Shown here piece by piece: positions 1 to 10,201 of a stretch of DNA of 64,000 nucleotides. Source of the DNA: Octopus sinensis (lineage: Eukaryota); the NCBI RefSeq assembly GCF_006345805.1, contig NC_043008.1, positions 35,526,001-35,590,000 on the forward strand, read 5' to 3'. Numbering within the stretch: the first letter of the stretch is position 1; each line of letters opens with the position of its first letter. The translations under genes and the position numbers were made by a program. Below the pieces are notes generated by a model. The model was not told the DNA's origin. It did no database searches and saw nothing but the letters and a program-made list of their open reading frames with translations.

Positions 1-569
1 AACCGTTTTGCAGAAAATAGATCCTAACGAAACTACCTCCTCATTGAATTAACGTTAGTATTTCCTAAACATTTTTGTTTAGGAAATACTAACTTTTGTT
101 CCTAAACCCTTAAAACAGTTCTTATGGAGAATCAGCATGACACAGAATAGACTTTTGGAATAGAAAATTACAGATATAATCCTCAGTTTATGCTATCCAT
201 TTTCAACGCGTGTCTTAATCTGGAGTTTTGTTAGAAGGCGCCTAAGATGCTGTGTATTTACAGCGAACCCGAGACTTCTTGATTACAAAGCGAACTTTAT
301 AACTTTACAACCATATTGTATCCATACTATTTAGTAATGGTATGATAGAAAGTGTAGTCTATCAGTTGTCTGCGCTAATTTGAGGGCTCTTAAAATATTA
401 GGAGCTGACTGCATCCTACCAGCTGAAAACCTAAACTCAGAGGTTTTCAGTTGACAGTGTCCAGTCAGCTCACCAAAACAAACTATGTAATATGAAGTAA
501 TATGAAATAATATGAAGGTAGTGCTTCGTTGTTTCCGGTGTTTCAGCATCGGAAGGATTAAAAATATAT

Positions 570-761
570 GGCCAGCAATTTCGAGGTAGGAGGCTAGTCG
601 ACTACATCGACCCCAATTTCCAACTAGTACTTATTTTATCGACCCCGAAAGGATGAAAGATAGAGTCAACCTCGGCGGAATTTGAACTCAGAACATGAAG
701 ACGGCCGAAATGCTACTAAGAATATTGCCTGGCGTCCAAACGATTTTGCCAGCTCGCTGCC
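570..761 (-). mobile_element. tRNA-derived SINE, family A (diverged copy)
   Basis: Reverse complement matches the window's recurrent GGCGGCGAGCTGGCAGAA...GAGTTCAAATTCCGCCGAGGTCGACTTTGCCTTTCATCCTTTCGGGGTCGATAAAATAAGTAC element (A/B-box-like head plus conserved central domain). Confidence 0.85.
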
Positions 762-1018
762 ATAGAATGATTAAATGTATTAAAGCCAAGTCGCTTAAGC
801 AAGGGAGACAAATCTACATATTTCTTGTTCCTTTACAAACAAGTTAATTTACGGTCAGGAAGCAATAAGGAACAATATACGTCCACCAACGACGGCACAA
901 GCGTTAGAGGAGTCACTGTTGCTTGGCCAAAGAATATTGATAATTAAATTATGTTTCTTAGTCATTGTCTTTAAACACATTGCATATTTCTGAATTTCGA
1001 AAAATAAAAAACTGTATA

Positions 1019-1047
1019 TTTTGTTGTGTGCGCGTGTGTGTGTGTGT

Positions 1048-1098
<51 letters not shown>

Positions 1099-1290
1099 TA
1101 CGCGCGTGTATGAATTCTGTGTTTGTGTGTATTTGTGTATGTGTGTGTGTGTGTATGTGTGTGTATGTGTGTGTGTATGAAGGCATATACTGTAAGCACG
1201 CACACAGTATATGCCTTCATACAGTAGATGAAAAGAAACATGTTTATATAGAGAGAGAATTTTGTTGTGTGCGCGTGTGTGTGTGTGTGT

Positions 1291-1343
<53 letters not shown>

Positions 1344-1503
1344 TACGCGCGTGTATGAATTCTGTGTTTGTGTGTATTTGTGTATGTGTGTGTGTGTATG
1401 TGTGTGTATGTGTGTGTGTATGAAGGCATATACTGTAAGCACGCACACAGTATATGCCTTCATACAGTAGATGAAAAGAAACATGTTTATATAGAGAGAG
1501 AAT
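1019..1503. repeat. Tandem duplication of ~243 bp; each unit has (GT)n tracts and a 20-bp perfect hairpin
   Basis: Both units start TTTTGTTGTGTGCGCG and end GAGAGAGAATTT; near identical except microsatellite length. Confidence 0.95.
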
Positions 1504-1579
1504 TTACAAAAAAAAAAGACGAAGACGGGTGTGTAAACAACAAATAGATGTATTAGTTTAACGCTCGGGAAGTGAGAGT

Positions 1580-1615
1580 CTTTGACGTTTCGAGCCTACG
1601 CTCTTCGACGGAAAG
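1580..1615 (-). ncRNA. Degenerate minimal type-I hammerhead motif in a PLE 3'-end fragment (~1500-1700)
   Basis: Minus strand CTTT-CCGTCGA-A-GAGC gtag GCTC-GAAA-CG-TC-AAAG; same family as 18748, 21100, 37775; core mutated from CUGANGA. Confidence 0.6.
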
Positions 1616-1697
1616 GATCACAGAAAAGAGAGAAGATAGAAAACGGTTTAGTGGTTAGTGATCTATCATGGCGCCTGTGTGTTTACATGTATATTCA

Positions 1698-1728
<31 letters not shown>

Positions 1729-1774
1729 AGGCATAAGAAAAATTTCAATAGACACAAGCGGTGGGTGAATAGTT

Positions 1775-1805
1775 TCTAATGTTTCGGGTAATCCTTCTTC
1801 AAAGT
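1775..1805 (-). ncRNA. Degenerate hammerhead-like motif
   Basis: Minus strand TTGAAGA-AGG atta CCC-GAAA-CA-TT, with a short tail running into (CA)n; stem I not convincing. Confidence 0.4.
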
Positions 1806-2244
1806 TGAGTGAGAATGAAATTCGAGAAGGCAGACGAACTTTACCTTTCCTCTATCTAAGTGACCGGCAGCAATTCATTGGGATTGCAAAACAACGTGAA
1901 GAGTGCATGAATGAATAGAGAGAGGGAGAGAGAGAGAGAAAGAAAGAAAGCAAGAAAGAAGCTAAGAAAAAGAAAAAGGAAAGGAAAAGACAAGAGACAA
2001 GGTGGAAGAGAAAAGTGAAGAGAAGCTGGTCGTGGGGGAGAGAGAGATGGAGCACAAGCTAGAGGAAGGGGAAGGGTAAAGGGTAAAGCACAAATTATTC
2101 TCTTCTTTCTCTTAATTTTCCCAATAAATACAAATCTTACCGGCGCAGACCACTTTACTTAGATTCCGTTTCATCTCCTCTATTTGGTCTCAGGTTATCT
2201 CGCTCCTCTTTGGATATCTGGTCTCTTTGATCGTCGATTGAAGA

Positions 2245-2324
<80 letters not shown>

Positions 2325-2549
2325 GTCTGTCTCTCTGTCTCTGTCTCACTCTCTCTCTCTCTAAATATATATATGGGCTGATCAATAAGTATCCAGATTG
2401 TTGCCATAGTAACGAAGCTAAAGCACACTGAGTAAAGCTGCTTGGCACACATTGACCTTGAACCCTGCTGTGATGGGCACTAACTTTTAACCTTGTAGCT
2501 CACTTCCGCTGTTTACAGCAGTGCTTGGAAGGATGGTGATAATAATAAA

Positions 2550-2985
2550 TACACACTCATCCCAAAATTAAAATTTTTTTAAATCAAAAAATATCAACTA
2601 GATTATGGCTGGGAGATAGCAGTTTACTCAAGGTAGCTGCCCTCAGCTCCCACCACAGTCTCAACACGGCTCCGGAACCTAGCGCGTGCATCCCTCTCTG
2701 TGGCCCTCAGAAGATTTTCAAACACCTTGATTATGATTACCAACCCGACCGTGACTTTGTAGGCATAACGGTTGATGTCTTCCTCAACAACTGCACACCA
2801 CAAATAGTAATGTATGAGATTACAATCGAGAGAATTAGGAGCCCAGAAATTGGAGCTGATAAAGTCGTAGAAATTCTCCGAGAACTACATTCTTTCTGGA
2901 ATTATGGCAAAGAAACGAATCATTTTACCACACATGGGCTTCCAGCAACAATCCTCTTCAGCCAGAGTTTAACCACAATCGCTAG
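2550..2985 (-). mobile_element. Tc1/mariner (maT/DD37D-like) transposase remnant
   Basis: Minus-strand translation near 2780-2880 gives FYDFISSNFWAPNSLDCNLIHYYLWCAVVEE, resembling the WPPNSPDxNPLDYxxW motif. Confidence 0.65.
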
Positions 2986-3124
2986 TAGCTAAACATATGT
3001 ATGTGTGTGTGTGTATAATGTTTACATATATATATAGATACATACACACAAGCGTTTATTTACATGTATGTATATATATATACATATACATACATACATA
3101 CATGCATACATATATATATATAAT

Positions 3125-3197
<73 letters not shown>

Positions 3198-3199
<2 letters not shown>

Positions 3200-3467
3200 A
3201 TATACACGGTAAGATAACAAAAGAGATCTCGATATTATTTAAATATAGTTATTTATCTGTAAATGTAATATGTGACAATTATTCAGTAGCCAAGATAAAA
3301 CTCCGAGTTTCGGATGCCGAGTTGGAAATCCACGCACCATCTCTTCAATTATCCGGCCATCGGAAAAGCGTCCTAGAAATTTGAGATGGTGGCGTGGATT
3401 TCCATCTCAGCATCCGAAACTCGGAGTTTTATCTTGGCTACCGAATAATTGTCACATATACATTTAC

Positions 3468-3472
<5 letters not shown>
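3198..3472 (-). mobile_element. Short PLE-end insertion with inverted partial copy, between (TA)n tracts
   Basis: 3254-3343 and 3383-3472 are inverted copies; a hammerhead motif lies in the arms; (TA)n on both sides. Confidence 0.7.
3293..3354 (-). ncRNA. Type-I hammerhead motif (long stem II, GUU site)
   Basis: Minus: GGATAA-TTGAAGA-GATG...CATC-C-GAAA-CTC g GAG-T-T-TTATCT; stems I, II and III can all be drawn; position 3 is U rather than C. Confidence 0.7.
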
Positions 3473-3524
<52 letters not shown>

Positions 3525-3934
3525 ATGCAAGTGTTGTTTATTATTTTATAGTTCTGTTTCGTTCCCTTTTTATTTTGCTTAAACTCCTATATATTTCACT
3601 GATGCAGTTGTCCCAAAATGTTTCCCGACTTATACCACCTCTTCTTCTACGTTTAACAATAAATCTTCAACGATTTATAATAAATTGACAACTTGTGACG
3701 TGTAACCGTGTGTATGTGTGCATGCAGTTAGTAATAAATACGGAGCATTTGGCACCTGTTACTTTCTGTATTAGAAACGTGTCAAGTGAAGGTTTCAAAA
3801 TATTGATATTATTATTTCTCTTTATCACAGATTTTATTGGAACTCCTGGAGTCTTACATGCGTAGTGGGCTTGCTACCTGCAGCCTACAGTACCATGCTA
3901 TCCATTCTTTTCAGCTATCTAATGCTTTCCTGTA

Positions 3935-3937
<3 letters not shown>

Positions 3938-4015
<78 letters not shown>
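3938..4015. repeat. (TTA)n microsatellite
   Basis: Direct reading. Confidence 0.98.
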
Positions 4016-4016
<1 letters not shown>

Positions 4017-5280
4017 TGAAAGTATGCATGAACACAGGTGAGCTAAATATCAGTTGTTGCAATCTTTGAACAATAAAATACCAAAATATAATAATCTACT
4101 TTTCTTACAGTAGTCTATAAAAAGTTAAACAACGCTCACATTATTGAAACTTTACTAAGTCATCACAACAATAAAATCGTATTTAATTCTATGCTAGGGA
4201 AATTCTCGTCGTAAACCGAACACTTAACTTAGGAAAGGTGAGACAATTGTGCTATAAAAACATTCAGGTAGATTAAAGCACCTCGTTTTAAGCCGGTCAA
4301 ATTATATTGTCTGTTATAAACATTTACATGTAAGTCAATAAGCTTCCATTTCTGATGCATAAAAACAGATCGAAAATTTATTCTATCAACTATTTAGAAA
4401 CTGTTCAATCTCAACAGTTCAATGGGTTCTGCTTCTCTCTAACTTGGTTTATCCAACTTTAGAGAAAATGTTGAAAGAAACCAGTCAATAAATCTTAAAT
4501 TGTATAGTCGAATTGGAAAAAGAATGTTTTCAAAACCTGAAAGTCTAGGTTAATCGCAGACAAATAAGAGTCGTTTTATTTTCCAGACACCAATAGGGTG
4601 AAAACATAAAATTCATGCTCAAAGTATAGATCTCTCACAAATCAAAGAACATCTGTTAATAATAATTCTTTGATTTTATGCCTATTCTGGTACTTGTCTT
4701 GAAGTGTTCGTGCAATTTTTACAGCTTAGCAGGACTCATTTCTTTACTCATTCTGTTGAAGTCAAAAACATCCGATAGCAACAGCTTCGAGTTGAAAACC
4801 GTCTAACTTCTCTTATCGATTTACTACTCAATCATAGTCAACGTTTACTTCGCGATCGCTTTCTATTCTTATATAAGAATGACATTAGTATGTTTACATA
4901 GTCGTAATAAATAAATATACGCAATGTATTTAGTCTGTGTATTTAGTTACGTTAGAGAAGCATAATTGATTATGGTTAATACCGGTGATATAATTCGCTC
5001 TAAAAATTGAGAAAAGAATTCGATTCCGATATTATAAAATATCAAGCTATTAATGATTTCCAATTGCTTCAGTATTTCGTCATCAAATTGCTTTGTTGCA
5101 GGCTCGTTTTTTAAACATTTCATCATGTGATTGTTAGATCCGAGTGAATATTCAATTGCTACTACTTCCACCCAATACTAATAACAATTTAGATTTGAAA
5201 ACTTCAGCCAAAACAACGCTTGACAATTTATCGAGATTAACAGGGTCATTAGAAAGTTGTGCAATATTTGTCCGAATCAG

Positions 5281-5672
5281 GGCGGTGAGCTGGCCGAAAC
5301 GTTAGCACGCCGGGCGAAATGCTTTGCAGTATTCTGTCAGCCGTTACGTCCTGAGTTCAAATTCCGCTGAGGTCGACTTTGCTTTTCATCCTTTCGGGGT
5401 TGATAAATTAAGTAGCAGTTACGCACTGGGGTCGATGTAATCGACTTAATCCCTTTGTCTGTCCTTGTTTGTCCCCTCTATATTTAGCCCCTTGTGGGTA
5501 ATAAAGAAATAGGTATTTCGTCTGTCTTTATGTTCTGAGTTCAAATTCCGCCGAGGTCGAATTTGTCTTTCATCCTTTCGGAGTCGATAAATTAAGTACC
5601 AGTTGCATACAGGGGTCGATCTAATCGACTGGCCCACTCCCAAAAATTTCTGTCTTTGTGCCTAGAGTAGAA
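5281..5672 (+). mobile_element. SINE family A, dimeric form
   Basis: Full head plus central domain and tail, followed by a second B-box/central-domain unit from ~5515. Confidence 0.9.
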
Positions 5673-6002
5673 AAAAATATTTTCCGGCTCATTGCATTTT
5701 GAGTTCAAATCTAGTCGATGTCAACTTTTTTTCTCTTTTTTATAATGGACCGAGTTGTTAGTTGACAGAATTGTTAGGGCTTCGATTGAGACGCATTTGT
5801 GCTATGTGTATCGACACTTGTTTCTAATTTTTTGTCTGTTAGATTTAAACTATCAACGAATTTAATATTTCTATATGATCCTTGGGTGCCTTTTCGGTTA
5901 GGTTTACAGTCTGAAGATAATCCCAATACCAATCTCCAAGGATTTGTAAAAAGAGGTGTGGGTGCCCCTACGACGCAAAAAGAAAAAGATAATACTTATG
6001 GT

Positions 6003-6203
6003 TTGAAATTTTGGTACAAGGTCAGGGGAAGGGGAAGTCGATACCATCGACCCCAGTCTTTGACTGGTACTTATGTTACCGACGCCGAAAGGATGAAAGG
6101 CAAAGTCAACCTCGACGAAATTTGAACTTAGAACGTAAAGACGGAAGAAATACCACTAAGCATTTCGCTCGGTGTGCTAATGATTCTGTATGCTTGCTGC
6201 CTT
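6003..6203 (-). mobile_element. SINE family A
   Basis: Reverse complement of the family consensus. Confidence 0.85.
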
Positions 6204-7356
6204 GATAACAACAATGGTAATGAGACGAGCCATAAGTCAAGAGTTAATTAATAACAGAACAGTCGACTATTCACGTAGAGAATATGAGTAGTTCAATCAT
6301 TCTCAAAGTTTTAGGCATCAAGTTTGAGTTTGGATAATGAATCTACATCAGAAGGGATTCCAACGATTATGGAATTTATTACGTTTGCATCGAATCAACA
6401 TCTGTTAATAATCGTGAGATACTGTTTGTGGCACTGTTTTGCAATGCTAAATGAAATTAAATTCTTGTAAAACAGCCTCAAATGTTTGCAAATGAGATCT
6501 GACTCTAAACACAAAACTATACTAAAATCCTACATCTCTTCCCTTTCATCTATAACTGTTCTCAAAATAGAACTGTTCCACTACTTTGATAAATTCTCTT
6601 GTTTCGGCATCGTTTCATGTCGGATTTTCATTCAATTTGTTTCCATATAACGTATCTTAAATGGAAATTCTACGGCTGGAAATAATATCTCATTTTCTAC
6701 ACTTTTCCAACAATGTATTTTAATCTTAGACTGTGTAACAGTTGACATGATGCGGAAAAAACATATCAACTGACTTTCACAATCTAATTTTCACTGAATT
6801 GTTATATATTTTCTAACACTATCTAGGCTTAACAACAGTTCCGGTAACCTAATTGTTATAACATAATAATAACCTCATTCAACTCTTTAAATTAATTCAG
6901 TTCATAACAAAAAAAAAGTCGCTCTATTTCATATTTTCTCTTAAACTTAACTCCATACAATTTCCGAATAGTGTCTGCTGTTTTATTTCCATAGAATGAA
7001 TCACGGATGAGAGAAATGTATATAAAATCGGGAATATTTCAATTAGAACTCGTTAATCACCTACAGTAAGGTTTTAATTAAAACAGAGTATGAATTTGTC
7101 TCCCCAAAAATTCGTCTCAATCATCATCACTTCCGTCACTTGAACAGTTAACAAGTCCGGACAACTCCATAGATACGGAATGATTTTCGCAGCCCGATAC
7201 TGCATCATACATGTGCATGCGTGCACACACTCACATACACACAACATGCGTACACTTATACGTATATACTTAAATACAATATATACATATATATACATAT
7301 ATATATACATATATATATATTATATATATATATATGTATATATATGTATGTATATA

Positions 7357-7453
<97 letters not shown>

Positions 7454-7481
7454 CTTTATTTAAAAGCAGCAGAAATATCAC

Positions 7482-7528
7482 AAAAACTGTTACTCAGAGT
7501 TTCACGTTCCGTTCGTCGGGCAGTTTTT
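7482..7528 (-). ncRNA. Minimal type-I hammerhead (GUA site) in a ~75-bp insert within (TA)n
   Basis: Minus: AAAAACTGC-CCGACGA-ACG gaa CGT-GAAA-CTC t GAG-TA-ACAGTTTTT; homologous to the 8354/8411 copies; position 4 is C rather than U. Confidence 0.72.
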
Positions 7529-7600
7529 ATATACATACATATATATGCATATATGTGCGTGTATATCCATATATATATATACAAACACACACATGTGCAT

Positions 7601-7722
7601 TTGTAAAACTGAAAAGTAAAGAAAAGAAAGTGAAGAGGGGAATGGAATGATTATTTTTAATTGAAATATTACAAAAGGTGAAATGGTGCGATCTAAATTA
7701 TGATTCCATTTCATATGTAATA

Positions 7723-7764
<42 letters not shown>

Positions 7765-7845
7765 TATAAAGTTAATTATATATATATTTATAAAGTTATA
7801 TATATTATATATATATATATAATATATATAATTATATAACTTTAT

Positions 7846-7912
<67 letters not shown>

Positions 7913-8024
7913 GAAATGGAATCATAATTTAGATGGCACCATTTCACCTTTTGTAATATTTCAATTAAAAATAATCATTCCATTCCCCTCTTCACTTTCT
8001 TTTCTTTACTTTTTATTTTTACAA
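7601..8024. repeat. Inverted duplication (~118-bp arms) centred on a (TA)n tract
   Basis: 7601-7719 is the reverse complement of 7906-8024 with few mismatches. Confidence 0.95.
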
Positions 8025-8189
8025 CTATTATATTTATTATTGTTGCTGTTATTTTGTGCTGCAAATAGTTTCTGAATGAATAACGCCAACTTATATAAAC
8101 ATATATCTTTTAATAAACATAATGGTTAAAATTAATTTTCTATTCAAGCAACGTATATGAAAGTGACCATATTGAGTAGATGTATATTT

Positions 8190-8220
<31 letters not shown>

Positions 8221-8353
8221 ATGTGTGTATGTATGTATATATATATATATACCGGAGTAAACACATAAATTGAAACAAGGTGGAAAAAAGAGTACTCAAA
8301 TACCATGGTAGAGTAATATGCTTTATTTTAAGCAGCAGAAAATTCAACAAAAT

Positions 8354-8391
8354 CTGTTACTCTGAGTTTCTCGTTGCCGTTCATCAGACAG
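8354..8391 (-). ncRNA. Minimal type-I hammerhead ribozyme motif (antisense arm)
   Basis: Exact reverse complement of 8411-8448. Confidence 0.8.
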
Positions 8392-8410
8392 TTTTTGCTA
8401 GAATGCAAAA

Positions 8411-8448
8411 CTGTCTGATGAACGGCAACGAGAAACTCAGAGTAACAG
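8411..8448 (+). ncRNA. Minimal type-I hammerhead ribozyme motif (GUA site)
   Basis: CTGT-CTGATGA-ACG gcaa CGA-GAAA-CTC a GAG-TA-ACAG: canonical core, stem I CTGT/ACAG, stem III ACTC/GAGT; weak stem II. Confidence 0.8.
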
Positions 8449-8536
8449 ATTTTGTTGAATTTTCTGCTGCTTAAAATAAAGTATATATATATATTATATA
8501 TATATATATATATATAATATATATTATATATATATA

Positions 8537-9811
8537 TTGGGTTATCCTATAAATAATGTGGTTTTTTTCAATTGCATGAATTAAAAGTAGAAGGGGGACG
8601 GGATTAACTACCTGCATCGGCTTGCTATAAAAGCAGGTAATCAATTTTACCTTGTCCTTATTCTTTGAAGAGTGCAGTTCGATTTTAACAGTTATTTTTT
8701 CAAAGCTTTAATGGATGTGACAAAGTGGCATATACGATATATTTTGCTTTATGAGTTCAATAAAGGCAACAACGCAACTAAAAGTGCGATGAATATTAAT
8801 GCAGTATATAGGGATCAGACAATAAGCGTAACCCAGTGTCAACTGTGGTTCCAGAAATTCCGAGCAGGAAACATATTCTAGAAGACAAGCTTCGTCCTTG
8901 AAGATCTGTAGAGCTCGACGAGGACGTCCTGCCAACCCTGATGGAACAAAATTCTATCATAACTGCTGACGAACCAGCAAGAGAAGCTCGGATTTGGTCA
9001 TTCAGCCATTTAGTGATAACTGCATGCAATCGGAAAAGTCAGCAAATTGGGTCAATGGGTTTGTCACAGACTTTCCGAGTCTAATCGTGCGCAGAGAGTA
9101 AATGTGTGTTCTTCTTTCCTGCCATGTCTGACAAATGAACCTTTTTTGGACCGAATAGTGACTGGTGACAAGAATTGGGTTCCCTATAAAAATGTCAAGC
9201 GCCGAAGACAGTGGGTAGGGAAAAGAGAAACACCGGTACCCCAAGCTAAAGAAGGTCTTCACCTGCGTAAGGTGTTGTTATCTGTTTGGTATATTATGAA
9301 AGTTTTAGCCCACTTTGAACTTTTAAACCCAAACCAAACAATAACAAAGGAGATCTACTGCGAGTAGCTTGAGCGGATTAAGTCAGCGCTCGAAGAAAAA
9401 CGACCATCTTTGTTTTCAAGACGAAAAGTCCTCTTCCATCAGGATAATGCTCGACCACATGCAGCGAGAATGACATTCCAAAAGCTGGAGCAGTTTGAAC
9501 GGGAAACGATGCCCCCGCCCCATCATATTCGCCGGATATTGCCCCATCTGATTATCATTTATTCCGCAGTCTTCAAAATCATTTGGACGGATAAAATATG
9601 AATCCTGTAGATGAGGACTGAATAGAACTGGAGGAGTATGTTTCGTCACGGACAAGTGAATTTTGGAAGAGGGGCCTTGCAAGTCCACCAGATAGATGGA
9701 CGAGCATTGTAGAAAATGAAGGAGAGTATATTTTAGATTAAGAAATAACTTTATCTTAATTTTGTAAAATAAAAGTATTAAAAAAACCGCATTGCTTATG
9801 GGATCACCCAA
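8537..9811 (+). mobile_element. Full-length mariner (DD34D) transposon, decayed
   Basis: Imperfect TIRs TTGGGTTATCCTATAAATAATGTGGTTTTTT / AAAAAACCGCATTGCTTATGGGATCACCCAA, TA flanks, ~1.27 kb. Confidence 0.95.
8710..9740 (+). pseudogene. mariner transposase with stops and frameshifts
   Basis: HIRYILLYEF HTH region; DRIVTGDKNWV; HQDNARPH; YSPDIAPSDYHLF across frames. Confidence 0.93.
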
Positions 9812-9821
9812 TATATATATG

Positions 9822-9909
<88 letters not shown>

Positions 9910-9993
9910 TTTATCATTATTCTTTTACAAAAAACAATGCAATTTTCTTTTTTTCCCCTTTCTAATTTTTAAAAAAACTTCTTAAAACATAAA

Positions 9994-10034
9994 TATTCTT
10001 GACAAGTCATACAATGACGAAAACCGGTTGAATA
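9994..10034 (+). ncRNA. Hammerhead motif in 5' pLTR (U3-A8 variant)
   Basis: TATTC-TTGACAA-GTCAT aca ATGAC-GAAA-ACCGGT-T-GAATA; palindromic stem III; one extra A makes the register ambiguous. Confidence 0.7.
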
Positions 10035-10201
10035 AATATATATTTATATATTTTATCATTTTCTCATTTTATTAAAATTTTCTTTCATTTGAGCATTCTG
10101 CATTTAAAAAAAATTTTTCCTTACTTATCATTTCTCCACGTGCGGTCAACACAACCCCACCATTTATTGATCTGTACCCTCTACCACACGTGTGATTCAG
10201 A

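Larger units (their letters stand above)
8251..8481 (-). mobile_element. Short PLE-end insertion with inverted partial copy (hairpin), between (TA)n tracts
   Basis: 8320-8398 and 8405-8481 are near-perfect inverted arms; each has a hammerhead then AATAAA; the minus copy continues into a ~70-nt tail ending in (TA)n. Confidence 0.8.

Noticed and set aside
4947-5171. 74-aa non-repetitive ORF as a possible host exon
   Set aside because: No recognisable homology or splice evidence; length expected by chance.
5281-5380. tRNA gene at SINE heads
   Set aside because: A/B-box-like motifs only; no cloverleaf, and they continue into SINE bodies.
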